From a virus (Duplodnaviria > Caudoviricetes): a stretch of 36,581 nucleotides of DNA. The stretch covers positions 1 to 36,581 of IMG/VR virus record IMGVR_UViG_3300008339_000210. The stretch is one strand, 5' to 3'. The stretch's first letter is position 1. Every line of letters starts with the position of its first letter. A model generated the notes under the pieces. That model saw only the letters and a program-made list of their open reading frames with translations. It ran no database searches and was not told where the DNA came from. This document shows, one piece after another, positions 1 through 8,444 of the stretch. A program made the translations under genes and the position numbers.

Positions 1-176
1 GAGTGTCTTCCATTATTTAGGATTGTATGAGGTAACGTCAGAATTAGAAGTGGTAATGCAAAGGTGTATGCAATTGCCAATTTCCAAAAATAAGGACACA
101 GGTTGTTTGGCATAATGTTGGTTTCATAGAACCAACGGTAGAGCCTTGAAGAAATTGAATTGTGATTTAGTATCAT
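1..176 (-). CDS. hypothetical membrane protein (3' end runs off window)
   Basis: ATG at 176 overlapping upstream stop (ATGA); open to window edge: MILNHNSISSRLYRWFY...LCPYFWKLAIAYTFALPLLILTLP with a hydrophobic stretch. Confidence 0.7.
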   Translation of the reverse strand, partial: MILNHNSISSRLYRWFYETNIMPNNLCPYFWKLAIAYTFALPLLILTLPHTILNNGRH

Positions 177-349
177 ATTGTTTTATTTTTTATTTGATTT
201 AAAATTTGTTTGGTTTCATCTATTGAACTATTGGAATCAAAGTACTTGAGTGTTATTTTTCTTATAAGTAAAGCACAATCCTCATCATTTAAACCAATTA
301 AACCACCAAAATGAACAAGATACATTATTTCGTTTAAATCGGATTCCAT
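173..349 (-). CDS. hypothetical protein
   Basis: ORF track 173..394; ATG at 349 (MESDLNE) preferred because it abuts the upstream stop. Confidence 0.6.
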   Translation of the reverse strand: MESDLNEIMYLVHFGGLIGLNDEDCALLIRKITLKYFDSNSSIDETKQILNQIKNKTI

Positions 350-540
350 AATAGGTTTTCTATCTCTTGTTTTACTTGTTGCCAATATGTCCAACTTGCC
401 CCATAATCTGTTTTGGTGTTAATAGTGTTTTTTATTAACTCATCAACTGCTATTAATGCACATTGCTTGGCAAAAAAGGAGTTACCATTTGCTTGGATAT
501 ATTTATCTAATAATTTTATTGCTTTTTCTTTAGGATTCAT
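334..540 (-). CDS. hypothetical phage protein
   Basis: ATG at 540; MNPKEKA...AKQCALIAVDELI...YWQQVKQEIENL, a pattern common in phage small ORFs. Confidence 0.7.
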   Translation of the reverse strand: MNPKEKAIKLLDKYIQANGNSFFAKQCALIAVDELIKNTINTKTDYGASWTYWQQVKQEIENLLWNPI

Positions 541-736
541 ATAGTTTTCTTGTTTCTTTTTCCAAAATGACCATAACACGGTAGGCTTTCTCATAATCTT
601 TTTTGATATAATACTCGTGGTCAGCAAGTGCTTCAAAAACTGCTCTAGCTGCTACCCATGCACAGTGTGTTTTTAGCTTTTTATCTTCAATAGGCATTGA
701 CTCTTTCAAGTCTTTAGCAATTTGTCTTGGTGTCAT
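530..736 (-). CDS. hypothetical protein
   Basis: 68-aa ORF tightly coupled to neighbours. Confidence 0.65.
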   Translation of the reverse strand: MTPRQIAKDLKESMPIEDKKLKTHCAWVAARAVFEALADHEYYIKKDYEKAYRVMVILEKETRKLYES

Positions 737-737
737 A

Positions 738-890
738 TTATTTTTTATTAATATTACCGTACCAAGTTACAGTAATTCCTGCTATCCCCCAAAATATCCA
801 ATGTTCTACATTCATTGGTGTTGAAGTAAATAACCACCCTACTGCAAAACCATTGATGAGTAATGCAATATCTGATTTTTTTATATTCAT
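738..890 (-). CDS. small 2-TM membrane protein (50 aa, not in ORF track)
   Basis: manual translation MNIKKSDIALLINGFAVGWLFTSTPMNVEHWIFWGIAGITVTWYGNINKK; fills the gap exactly. Confidence 0.65.
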   Translation of the reverse strand: MNIKKSDIALLINGFAVGWLFTSTPMNVEHWIFWGIAGITVTWYGNINKK

Positions 891-891
891 A

Positions 892-1305
892 TTAATCCTC
901 TATTTCAGAGTCCCACTCAGTTAAAACAAATTTTAAATTCAATGCTATGATTTTGGTTTTATCCTTATTACAGAAAGCCTGAGCATGTAAACCCCCTGTA
1001 TTATGGGTCATTGGTATTTCCCAATGTTCATCTTTATGTATACCTAATCGATCTTTAGCAGCACCTCTAAGTAAACGGCGAGCCTCATGTTTCAACATAT
1101 TGATAGTAACATTTTCACCCCACCATTTCCAACCCAAACGGTTCATTGTTGATTCTACTGTATTAAAGTCAAATTCATCCAGGATCTCAACAATCATTTC
1201 ATCAATGTAGTCTGGTGAAGCATCTATCACAGGTTGTGGATTAAGTTTGTTAAGCAACATTTGTAGTTGTTCTACTTCTTGGCTTGTTAAATTTTCTATA
1301 TTCAT
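892..1305 (-). CDS. hypothetical phage protein
   Basis: 137-aa ORF, EILDEFDFNTVESTMNRLGWKW. Confidence 0.7.
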   Translation of the reverse strand: MNIENLTSQEVEQLQMLLNKLNPQPVIDASPDYIDEMIVEILDEFDFNTVESTMNRLGWKWWGENVTINMLKHEARRLLRGAAKDRLGIHKDEHWEIPMTHNTGGLHAQAFCNKDKTKIIALNLKFVLTEWDSEIED

Positions 1306-1310
1306 ATTTG

Positions 1311-1712
1311 TTATATCATTTCGGTTAAAACATATTCGATTGCCACTTGGTAAGCATTTTCTGGTTTATTACCCCAAGGATCATATTTTTGTCCTGTAAT
1401 TCTTGAAACAGTAGATTGGTTATTAAAGTAAATGGATTTTGTTTCTGTATTAATAACAGGTCCAAACGTATTTGTAACAGAGTCCCTTGTCAAATAAATC
1501 CAAATGTTGTGAGTCTCAAATAACCACATTACTACTTCTGCGATGGTTGGTGCTGAACAAACTAAGTCTGAGTAAGGTTTTGTGTTGTAATTTATTTTCC
1601 AATTTTCATCACAATAGTATCCTCCCTTTTCATCATATCCAAGTTGTGTTGGTACATCAAACCCTTTTTCTTTTAGAAACTTAGCTAATTCAAAATTTAC
1701 TGGTGTCTTCAT
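1311..1712 (-). CDS. hypothetical protein, paralog family A copy 1
   Basis: LAKFLKEKGF / APTIAEVVMWL / AYQVAIEYVL blocks shared with 1709..2122 and 2965..3348. Confidence 0.8.
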   Translation of the reverse strand: MKTPVNFELAKFLKEKGFDVPTQLGYDEKGGYYCDENWKINYNTKPYSDLVCSAPTIAEVVMWLFETHNIWIYLTRDSVTNTFGPVINTETKSIYFNNQSTVSRITGQKYDPWGNKPENAYQVAIEYVLTEMI

Positions 1713-2122
1713 ATCAATTTCGTTAAAACGTATTCAATAGCAGCTTCATAAGCTTCTGTTGGTGCTTTAAATATGGCTACATCCATAGCATCACCATTAG
1801 TAAATGCTTGAAAACATTCCTCCCAAATCTCATCATCAACAGGTTGATTAGTCCATCTAAGTACTTCAATCCAAATACTATGTTTCTCATACAACCACAT
1901 TACTACATCTGCAGGGGTTGGTGCATAAATGAATACGTCTTGGTCTATATATTTGCGATCTAGTAGTACACCATCATAACCACTTATATTATAGGCTTCA
2001 TTTGGTTTCCAGTTAATTCCATAACCACTTGGTTTCTTTAAAAAGTATTTTAACATACAATACTTATTAAATCCTTTTTCTTTCAGCAACTTTGCTATCG
2101 AGTAACTTATTGGGGTGTTCAT
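1709..2122 (-). CDS. hypothetical protein, paralog family A copy 2
   Basis: IAKLLKEKGF / APTPADVVMWLYEKH / PTEAYEAAIEYVL. Confidence 0.8.
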   Translation of the reverse strand: MNTPISYSIAKLLKEKGFNKYCMLKYFLKKPSGYGINWKPNEAYNISGYDGVLLDRKYIDQDVFIYAPTPADVVMWLYEKHSIWIEVLRWTNQPVDDEIWEECFQAFTNGDAMDVAIFKAPTEAYEAAIEYVLTKLI

Positions 2123-2370
2123 TTTGTTTCTTTTAGTTTATAAACTTCGATTTTTTCATATTCTGGGCATTTACCTTTAACTTGTTTAATTAGTTTATCA
2201 TTTTCACTAATCAGTAAAAAGACTATTAGAATCAATAAAAATGTAATAAAAAGCATTACAAATCCCCAAGCTGTTTTCACATTATTTTCTTCAGAGAACA
2301 TAATACCAGCAAAACTTAAAATTGGTGATAATCCCAGAATAAGAATAAAAATAAGTTGCCCTGTTGTCAT
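2119..2370 (-). CDS. 2-TM membrane protein
   Basis: two hydrophobic segments followed by a charged tail. Confidence 0.7.
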   Translation of the reverse strand: MTTGQLIFILILGLSPILSFAGIMFSEENNVKTAWGFVMLFITFLLILIVFLLISENDKLIKQVKGKCPEYEKIEVYKLKETK

Positions 2371-2771
2371 ACTTTATGTTTATTAAATGTTTCTTCAAAT
2401 GTGTTTGTTATTGCTTGTTTAATCTTTAAATCTTCCACAATATAAGCAACTCTATTACTTACTATTTCTAAATCTTCATTATTTTGCCATAATAAAGTTT
2501 CGGTATTCTCAGCAGCATTTTCAAGAGCTTGTTTGATTACATTTTGAGTGTATTCATTAAGTTCTTCATGTGTGAAGAAATATCCTTCTTGTGGTTTAAG
2601 CCAGTGTTCAGGAAAACGTTTTATAAAATGAGTATCATTATTCCACCAAGTACTATCTCCACGTTGAAAAAAAGATGTTCCTTCTTCTTCTGTTTTGTAG
2701 AATCCAGTTTCTTCTGGCAATTCATCTTTTACATTTACAGGTAAAAAAACTGTTTGTTTTTGTGGTTTCAT
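2367..2771 (-). CDS. hypothetical phage protein
   Basis: 134-aa ORF, VKDELPEETGFY N-terminal motif. Confidence 0.7.
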   Translation of the reverse strand: MKPQKQTVFLPVNVKDELPEETGFYKTEEEGTSFFQRGDSTWWNNDTHFIKRFPEHWLKPQEGYFFTHEELNEYTQNVIKQALENAAENTETLLWQNNEDLEIVSNRVAYIVEDLKIKQAITNTFEETFNKHKV

Positions 2772-2776
2772 ATTTG

Positions 2777-2968
2777 TTAGTTTAAATGGTCTCTATATGC
2801 TTCACAACCATCACATTCAAACTGATAAAGTGAATATTTTTCAGCAACTTTTTCACTTTTAGGTTGAGGGGTATAATGAACACCACAAGAAGGGCAAGGT
2901 TTCATAGTTACCAAATGGGTATTTTTAGTTTTTGGAAAATATTCTTTCCAAGTAATTTGTTCTTTCAT
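2777..2968 (-). CDS. small zinc-ribbon protein
   Basis: CPSC...CDGC. Confidence 0.65.
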   Translation of the reverse strand: MKEQITWKEYFPKTKNTHLVTMKPCPSCGVHYTPQPKSEKVAEKYSLYQFECDGCEAYRDHLN

Positions 2969-3348
2969 ATCAGATTTTCTAAAACGTAAGTGATTGCAGC
3001 TTCGTATGCTTCTGTTGGTGAGTTTGGAATAGTTCCTCCGATGTCGCTTTGAGTAGTTCCCTTTGGGCTTAATATATGGTAATTAAAATAATCATTTGAC
3101 CACTTAACATCTACATCTTTAGTAACGCTAATCCAAATACCATGCTTCTCATACAACCACATTACTGTCTCTGAAATGGTTGGTGCTTGTATTGTTGTAG
3201 ATAGCTTATAGTTAGCATTATATACACCGTCTTCATTATACCAGTTGAAAAGTAGTCCTAATTTCTTAGCCTCTTCAACTGTTTTTGGTTGAGGAAAGTC
3301 TTTCTCTTTCAACAACCTTGCTAACGGATAACTTACTGGTGTGTTCAT
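2965..3348 (-). CDS. hypothetical protein, paralog family A copy 3
   Basis: LARLLKEKDF / APTISETVMWLYEKH / PTEAYEAAITYVL. Confidence 0.8.
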   Translation of the reverse strand: MNTPVSYPLARLLKEKDFPQPKTVEEAKKLGLLFNWYNEDGVYNANYKLSTTIQAPTISETVMWLYEKHGIWISVTKDVDVKWSNDYFNYHILSPKGTTQSDIGGTIPNSPTEAYEAAITYVLENLI

Positions 3349-3370
3349 AACTTTTATTTCTTATTACATT

Positions 3371-3403
3371 GTAAATATACGAAATGATTTTGTGAAGGCC
3401 AAA
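3371..3403 (-). promoter_or_regulatory. Bacteroidota-type promoter (phage early)
   Basis: minus strand TTTG-N20-TATATTTAC, intergenic; motif repeated about 10 times in the window. Confidence 0.8.
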
Positions 3404-3454
3404 CTTTTGATATGACGTTTTTCTGAAATAAAAATGAATTTTTATCTGAGGGAA

Positions 3455-4060
3455 TTATTTGTTTAAATTTATTCCCAAAGTAAATCTAACAATAGGTTTT
3501 TGTATTGTATTTAGTTCAACATTTAACCCGGTTGAAATTATATTTTTACAATATGATAATCCAAAAATATAGTTGTTGTATACGTGTTTATAAACGTTGT
3601 TATTTGACAATATCCAATAATACGGGGATTCATTGGTGCCATAAGATAACTTTTCTATAAGCAAATAATTTGATTGGTTTGTGGTTTTAACCAACAGTCC
3701 TGTCATAAAATAAGCACTAAATTTAGGTAAAAATTCATAACTTGCACCTATATTAGTGCTACTAATATTTACTTCATCATAGTATGATGTGTGGGGAGTA
3801 AATCTATCTCCAAAATAGGGGGTTGATGTAGGTGCACACTGTTTTTTAAAACCTTTGGTTTCAAAAATATAATTGAAATTGTGATTTATTCCAACTTTTA
3901 ATTTTGAATTAGTGTTAAACCATAGACCAATTCCATATGAGGATTGAGGAACATCAAAAAATCCTTTATTTCCTATGGGAGTTATAGTTTTGTTTATCCA
4001 TAGGTGTTGACCCACTATTGTGTTGGGTATCAACAAACACAACCAAATTATTTTTTTCAC
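3455..4060 (-). CDS. secreted protein, probable outer-membrane beta-barrel
   Basis: N-terminal signal peptide MKKIIWLCLLIP; alternating beta-strand pattern; C-terminal VRFTLGINL. Confidence 0.6.
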   Translation of the reverse strand: MKKIIWLCLLIPNTIVGQHLWINKTITPIGNKGFFDVPQSSYGIGLWFNTNSKLKVGINHNFNYIFETKGFKKQCAPTSTPYFGDRFTPHTSYYDEVNISSTNIGASYEFLPKFSAYFMTGLLVKTTNQSNYLLIEKLSYGTNESPYYWILSNNNVYKHVYNNYIFGLSYCKNIISTGLNVELNTIQKPIVRFTLGINLNK

Positions 4061-4063
4061 ATG

Positions 4064-4096
4064 GTAAATATACGAAAAAGGGATTGGATTTCCAAA
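4064..4096 (-). promoter_or_regulatory. Bacteroidota-type promoter
   Basis: TTTG-N20-TATATTTAC. Confidence 0.75.
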
Positions 4097-4147
4097 TAAA
4101 CTTTTAAGTTTGTCACAAATAAACTTTTAAGTTTGTTACAAATGAAC
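4093..4147. repeat. 23-nt tandem repeat (2.4 copies), each unit with palindrome AAACTT-TT-AAGTTT
   Basis: caaataaacttttaagtttgtca / caaataaacttttaagtttgtta / caaatgaac. Confidence 0.85.
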
Positions 4148-4149
4148 GT

Positions 4150-6036
4150 TTAGTTGGATAATGGTAATTTAATTGTTGGATGTGATTGGTAGTTTTCTAA
4201 AGTAAAGTCAGTATTGATATAAGTGAATATCCCCCCACCAACTCTCATTTGGTTATTTTCATTAATATTTAATTTAGGTAACTCAAACGGTTCTCTTGTT
4301 AATTGTTCTTTGATTGGTTCAACATGGTTTAAATAAAGGTGTGTATCTCCTAAATTACCTATCAGTTCATCAGGAATCATATTTACTTCTTTGGCAATAA
4401 TTTCAAGTAATAGTCCGTAAGATGCTATGTTGAATGGGAGACCTAAACCAGTATCTACTGAACGTTGATTCCACATTAATGAGATTGCTCTGGTTGGGAT
4501 ATTTAATTCATTCATTCTACTCGTTAGAGCCAGCTCAAAATCTAAACCAATACCTTCATATTGTTCTTTATTTGATAAGGCTTTTTCATATTCTTCATCG
4601 CTTTTATTGACAAAGAATAGTCTTTCTTTAACACTCAACTCTCTTGTATAAACTTGAAATCCGTAGTGACAAGGTGGAAGAACCATTCCATCCAGTTCAC
4701 CTACATTCCAAGCATTAACCATTAGTCGTCTTGAGTCTGGATTTGTTTTAAGGTCACGGATTAGGATTGATATTTGGTCTACATAAAGTTGATATCTCCA
4801 AACATATTTAGATTCATCATAATTTAACCAATTAAAAACCCAACCATTATATGGTTTGGTTGAATTAGAATTGAGTCTATAGGATATATACGTTGGTTTT
4901 AAATTATATTTAATAGCAAAATGTTTTTGACATATTTCAATTACTTCTTCCCCAGTATTTATATTTTTAGCTATGAATGGTTTATAATGTTTAAGAGTTA
5001 CATTTTCATATTTAGGAAGAAAATAACAAGTATCTTTAGAATAACAATTAGAACCATAATAATCTTTATCTAAATCAAATTCTTTCGGATTTAATACCCA
5101 TTTATTAAAATTAGTTATAGTTTTTATGTCTTCTAAAAAATATTCAAAACATAGCCATCTACTATCAACAAATATACCTTTTTCTCCATAAAATTTATAA
5201 AAAGGGTTTGAATGTCTATAACACCTGGTTATCATGTTATACCATAAATCATAAGCTTGTTTATAATAATTAATATTTTTATTTGGGTTTCCTAAAAAAG
5301 CTACATTTTCAATATAAGGTTTATATTGATTAACTACCTGTCCCCTTTTAATGTTAGGACGAGAAGCAATTTTAATATAACCATTAGATAAAAATTGAAC
5401 TAAATACTTAGAATTATTTCCTCCTTCTACTTTTTGTATAACAACATATTCTTCTTGGCTTTTATTACTGTAAAATTTCTTTCCTATAAAATTATCTTTT
5501 TCATCTTTTTCTATTTCCAATAAAGGAAAACTGATATTAAGTACTGATTCTTTCTTAATTTTTTTTTCTATCATTATTGGTTTGTATGTTTTCCATCTCC
5601 TCCATCCTGCACCATATATTTCCCCCAACTCACCCCACTTCTTAGCAAACTCATCATCTGTTTTTATCTGTTCAATAAATTCTTCTTGAGTCATTCTTCT
5701 CACTTCAATATTACTACTTTCATATTGAAATGTTTTTTCAACATCAGGGTAGGCATTACAATAATTCTTATAAGAATCACCATCCCAAATATGTACACCA
5801 TTTTCAACCAAATACTTGATATTAGTATCACCTCTTAAAAACCAAAGTAACTCAGTTACAATTGACTTCCAATGCATTTTCTTGGTTGTGAGTAATGGAA
5901 AACCATCACTCATTTTATGTCTTATTTGTCTACCGAATACCGATATTGTACCACCATTTCTTGTTTCTTTTTTTGTACCATTCTCTAAAATATCTTTTAG
6001 AAGGTTCTGGTAGTCTAAGTCTAATTTATTCATCAC
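4150..6036 (-). CDS. thyA: thymidylate synthase with in-frame HNH endonuclease insertion
   Basis: [29 protein letters not shown] catalytic Cys, [20 protein letters not shown]. Confidence 0.95.
   Translation of the reverse strand: MMNKLDLDYQNLLKDILENGTKKETRNGGTISVFGRQIRHKMSDGFPLLTTKKMHWKSIVTELLWFLRGDTNIKYLVENGVHIWDGDSYKNYCNAYPDVEKTFQYESSNIEVRRMTQEEFIEQIKTDDEFAKKWGELGEIYGAGWRRWKTYKPIMIEKKIKKESVLNISFPLLEIEKDEKDNFIGKKFYSNKSQEEYVVIQKVEGGNNSKYLVQFLSNGYIKIASRPNIKRGQVVNQYKPYIENVAFLGNPNKNINYYKQAYDLWYNMITRCYRHSNPFYKFYGEKGIFVDSRWLCFEYFLEDIKTITNFNKWVLNPKEFDLDKDYYGSNCYSKDTCYFLPKYENVTLKHYKPFIAKNINTGEEVIEICQKHFAIKYNLKPTYISYRLNSNSTKPYNGWVFNWLNYDESKYVWRYQLYVDQISILIRDLKTNPDSRRLMVNAWNVGELDGMVLPPCHYGFQVYTRELSVKERLFFVNKSDEEYEKALSNKEQYEGIGLDFELALTSRMNELNIPTRAISLMWNQRSVDTGLGLPFNIASYGLLLEIIAKEVNMIPDELIGNLGDTHLYLNHVEPIKEQLTREPFELPKLNINENNQMRVGGGIFTYINTDFTLENYQSHPTIKLPLSN
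4783..5592 (-). mobile_element. HNH homing endonuclease domain inserted in frame in thyA (boundaries approximate)
   Basis: 270 codons between WRRW and VDQI; [40 protein letters not shown] plus a C-terminal NUMOD1-like helix-turn-helix segment. Confidence 0.8.
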
Positions 6037-6286
6037 TGTTTATTTTAATTTCTGTGTAGTATTTTGAATTTATTGGTTTATTAGAGTACTTTTCGAATCG
6101 TTTTAAGTCTTTTGGTTTCCAAAAAAAGAATTTTATTTTTAACCAAAGGTTAATAAATTTATTGCTATGCCAAACAGTTGTGTTATTAATCTTTGTTGCA
6201 ACTGTTTTTGTTACATACGGAGCATATATAATACCTGATTTTAATTTGTTTGGTGGTATGGGTGATATATTATCGAGTTTGTTCAT
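6026..6286 (-). CDS. hypothetical protein; ThyA-like start, capsid-like YAPY motif
   Basis: ATG at 6286 (ATGA overlap): MNKLD...GIIYAPYV...[17 protein letters not shown]. Confidence 0.7.
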   Translation of the reverse strand: MNKLDNISPIPPNKLKSGIIYAPYVTKTVATKINNTTVWHSNKFINLWLKIKFFFWKPKDLKRFEKYSNKPINSKYYTEIKINSDE

Positions 6287-6399
6287 TTTTTCACCCATTT
6301 AATTTTAATTTTAGTAGCAATCCCTTCCCATTCACAGATACAGTAGTGAGTAGATGTTTCCCAACTAATCCATTCGTACTGTTTATCGAGTTTGTTCAT
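6270..6399. repeat. exact 17-nt direct repeat ATGAACAAACTCGATAA (minus strand) at 6270-6286 and 6383-6399
   Basis: read directly; both copies are gene starts. Confidence 0.9.
6283..6399 (-). CDS. 38-aa ORF (not in ORF track)
   Basis: [38 protein letters not shown]; coupled at both ends. Confidence 0.55.
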   Translation of the reverse strand: MNKLDKQYEWISWETSTHYCICEWEGIATKIKIKWVKK

Positions 6400-6679
6400 A
6401 TTGTTTAATTGTATCTTCCAATTGATAAAACATTTGTTTAATTCTCATACCTAATTCATATGGGTCGGAATGTTTTACCCCTTCCAATGTGATTATGTGA
6501 TTGGCTCTAAACCATTGAGGTGTTTTTGATTGTTTTTCTTGTCCCCAAATATCTTTAGTTCTCCTAAAACCTACGTCGTGCATTGTAACTAAACAATCAA
6601 ACCTAATTTCACAAACTCTTGTTGTATTAGCTTCAATTTCAGGTACAGGTTCTATTTCTATATTATTAATTTTGTTCAT
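6383..6679 (-). CDS. hypothetical protein
   Basis: ATG at 6679 (MNKINNI). Confidence 0.65.
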   Translation of the reverse strand: MNKINNIEIEPVPEIEANTTRVCEIRFDCLVTMHDVGFRRTKDIWGQEKQSKTPQWFRANHIITLEGVKHSDPYELGMRIKQMFYQLEDTIKQYEQTR

Positions 6680-6766
6680 ATTAATCTTTTCCAAATAGTT
6701 ATTACAGCTTTTGCCTGTGGTCCTTTAAATTTTGACCATCTATCAATCCAATGTTGAATTTCTTCT

Positions 6767-7258
6767 TTATCCAAGCACTTCACCATGTTCAACGGCTTTT
6801 AAGTGTATTAATTCATTTTCCAAATTATCCAAAACCATATTAATGTGTTTGCAACCATCAGGAAGAAACCAAATTTCTCTCATCCAATTGTCCCAATTGT
6901 TGGATACCAATTCAATAAATTTTTCATCATTACCCCTATTTCTATATCTTTCAATAAATTCATCTTTTCTTCTACTATTAGGGTAGACCAAATAAAAGAA
7001 TATACATTCATTTAAAAGAGCATCACGAACCTCTTTATGTGATGAAACAAATATAAATTCGTACTTACCAATATTTTCTTTAATGTGGTTTATATAATTT
7101 TTAGGAAACTCAGGGTTTCTAATTTTATTTCCTTCATTATCAATAACCCAACTAAAATTTGATGAATCACTATCCAATGTGGTTTCTTGATGTTTTTGAT
7201 GATAGGTTGTTTTTCCTGTACCTGGAAATGCTGATATTATTTTTGTTCTGTATTTCAT
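6767..7258 (-). CDS. P-loop kinase-like protein
   Basis: N-terminal IISAFPGTGKT Walker A, then LDSDS. Confidence 0.75.
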   Translation of the reverse strand: MKYRTKIISAFPGTGKTTYHQKHQETTLDSDSSNFSWVIDNEGNKIRNPEFPKNYINHIKENIGKYEFIFVSSHKEVRDALLNECIFFYLVYPNSRRKDEFIERYRNRGNDEKFIELVSNNWDNWMREIWFLPDGCKHINMVLDNLENELIHLKAVEHGEVLG

Positions 7259-7578
7259 TATTCAATCTCTTTATATGTTATTGATTTGGTTTTATATTGG
7301 TGGGCTTGTTCTAACAGATCCTTATGTGTTTCAATAACTTCGAGAGCATCTTGTTCACACCAACACTTGTAATCTGAGGTACCAAATGGTCCTACATATT
7401 TTAATTGTTGTTCCTGTGTTCCCCAAATCATTAAAGAAGTTATATTAATGTCTTTCCAAATATTCGCATTTTTCTTAAACCAACCTCCTATACATTTCTT
7501 AACTAACCTTTGCGGTATGTAGAGTTTTTCACCGTTATTTAATTCTTTAATTTTGATTCTATATTTGCAGTTACTCAT
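7258..7578 (-). CDS. hypothetical phage protein
   Basis: 106-aa ORF, KYRIK...YIPQR. Confidence 0.7.
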   Translation of the reverse strand: MSNCKYRIKIKELNNGEKLYIPQRLVKKCIGGWFKKNANIWKDINITSLMIWGTQEQQLKYVGPFGTSDYKCWCEQDALEVIETHKDLLEQAHQYKTKSITYKEIE

Positions 7579-7851
7579 AACTTTCTATTGTTTGTTCATT
7601 GATTCTAATAAATTGTTCATCGCCCCCATAATTGTATCACCTACGCCATACAGGCAAGGGTCAACATTTTCTTTTAACCATTCCTCTAATTGATAACTAA
7701 CTTCTTCAGTATTTACCTCTTGAACAAATCCAGCATCTTCTTCAGCATTAAATACAACATACTTACCACCATATCTCATGGTAATTAAAGTTAATGGGTA
7801 AATGTCTTCCCATTCTTTATAAATTCTTTTACTCATAACTTTCTATTGTTT
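7571..7851. repeat. exact 23-nt direct repeat ttactcataactttctattgttt at 7571-7593 and 7829-7851
   Basis: read directly; brackets ORF 7585..7836. Confidence 0.9.
7585..7836 (-). CDS. hypothetical protein
   Basis: 83-aa ORF flanked by direct repeats. Confidence 0.7.
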   Translation of the reverse strand: MSKRIYKEWEDIYPLTLITMRYGGKYVVFNAEEDAGFVQEVNTEEVSYQLEEWLKENVDPCLYGVGDTIMGAMNNLLESMNKQ

Positions 7852-8191
7852 CGTTGTTATATATTATTGTGATTAGTTTGGTTGGGATATTTTCCCAATC
7901 AATTTTAGTATCACTTCCTTTTAGTGCTTGATGTAAGTTATTCTTAAAGTATTGCATATCTCTAATTTCATTTCTTTCATCATCACTCAACTCTTTTTCC
8001 TCAATCTTTAATCCCCACTTTTCAGAGAACTCAGGGTCTGTTTTACATTTATTGATGAACTCTTCTTGCGTTAATCTATATCCCAATTCAGTCATTTTTT
8101 CCTTTGACATATTAGGTAAGATTTTAGCATCTTCAATTAAATAATTCTTATAAGCATCACCAACAATCTGATTGTATTTTTCGTTATTCAT
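7829..8191 (-). CDS. ThyA-insert-derived mini-protein, copy 1
   Basis: GDAYKNY, TQEEFINKCKTDPEFSEKWG, KELSDDER, NIPTKLI match ThyA insert segments. Confidence 0.8.
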   Translation of the reverse strand: MNNEKYNQIVGDAYKNYLIEDAKILPNMSKEKMTELGYRLTQEEFINKCKTDPEFSEKWGLKIEEKELSDDERNEIRDMQYFKNNLHQALKGSDTKIDWENIPTKLITIIYNNETIESYE

Positions 8192-8444
8192 AGTTTTTAA
8201 TAATATCATCCAAAAACTCTTTCAAAAGATAATCAGGACAAGGTAAAATATCAAGTCGGTGAGCAATTTCTGTTAATCCAAATTCTTCATCCACCATTAA
8301 TTCCTCTCTTAATGATTCGGCATCTTTCTTTGTTGGTTTATTCCAATATCCAACAAAGTGAAGTATATCCATCATATCACCCTCTTGTGTTGGGTCAATT
8401 ACAATTAAACCGTATTTAATTTCTTTTGGGTTTAAGTTATTCAT
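8184..8444 (-). CDS. hypothetical protein
   Basis: 86-aa ORF, ILHFVGYW...DEEFGL. Confidence 0.7.
   Translation of the reverse strand: MNNLNPKEIKYGLIVIDPTQEGDMMDILHFVGYWNKPTKKDAESLREELMVDEEFGLTEIAHRLDILPCPDYLLKEFLDDIIKNYE

Noticed and set aside
4783-5592. Intein or group I intron in thyA
   Set aside because: No Hint splice-junction residues, and no non-coding structured flanks large enough for an intron core
4150-6036. dCMP hydroxymethylase for DNA hypermodification
   Set aside because: It has canonical ThyA motifs including the dUMP-specifying Asn in GLPFN
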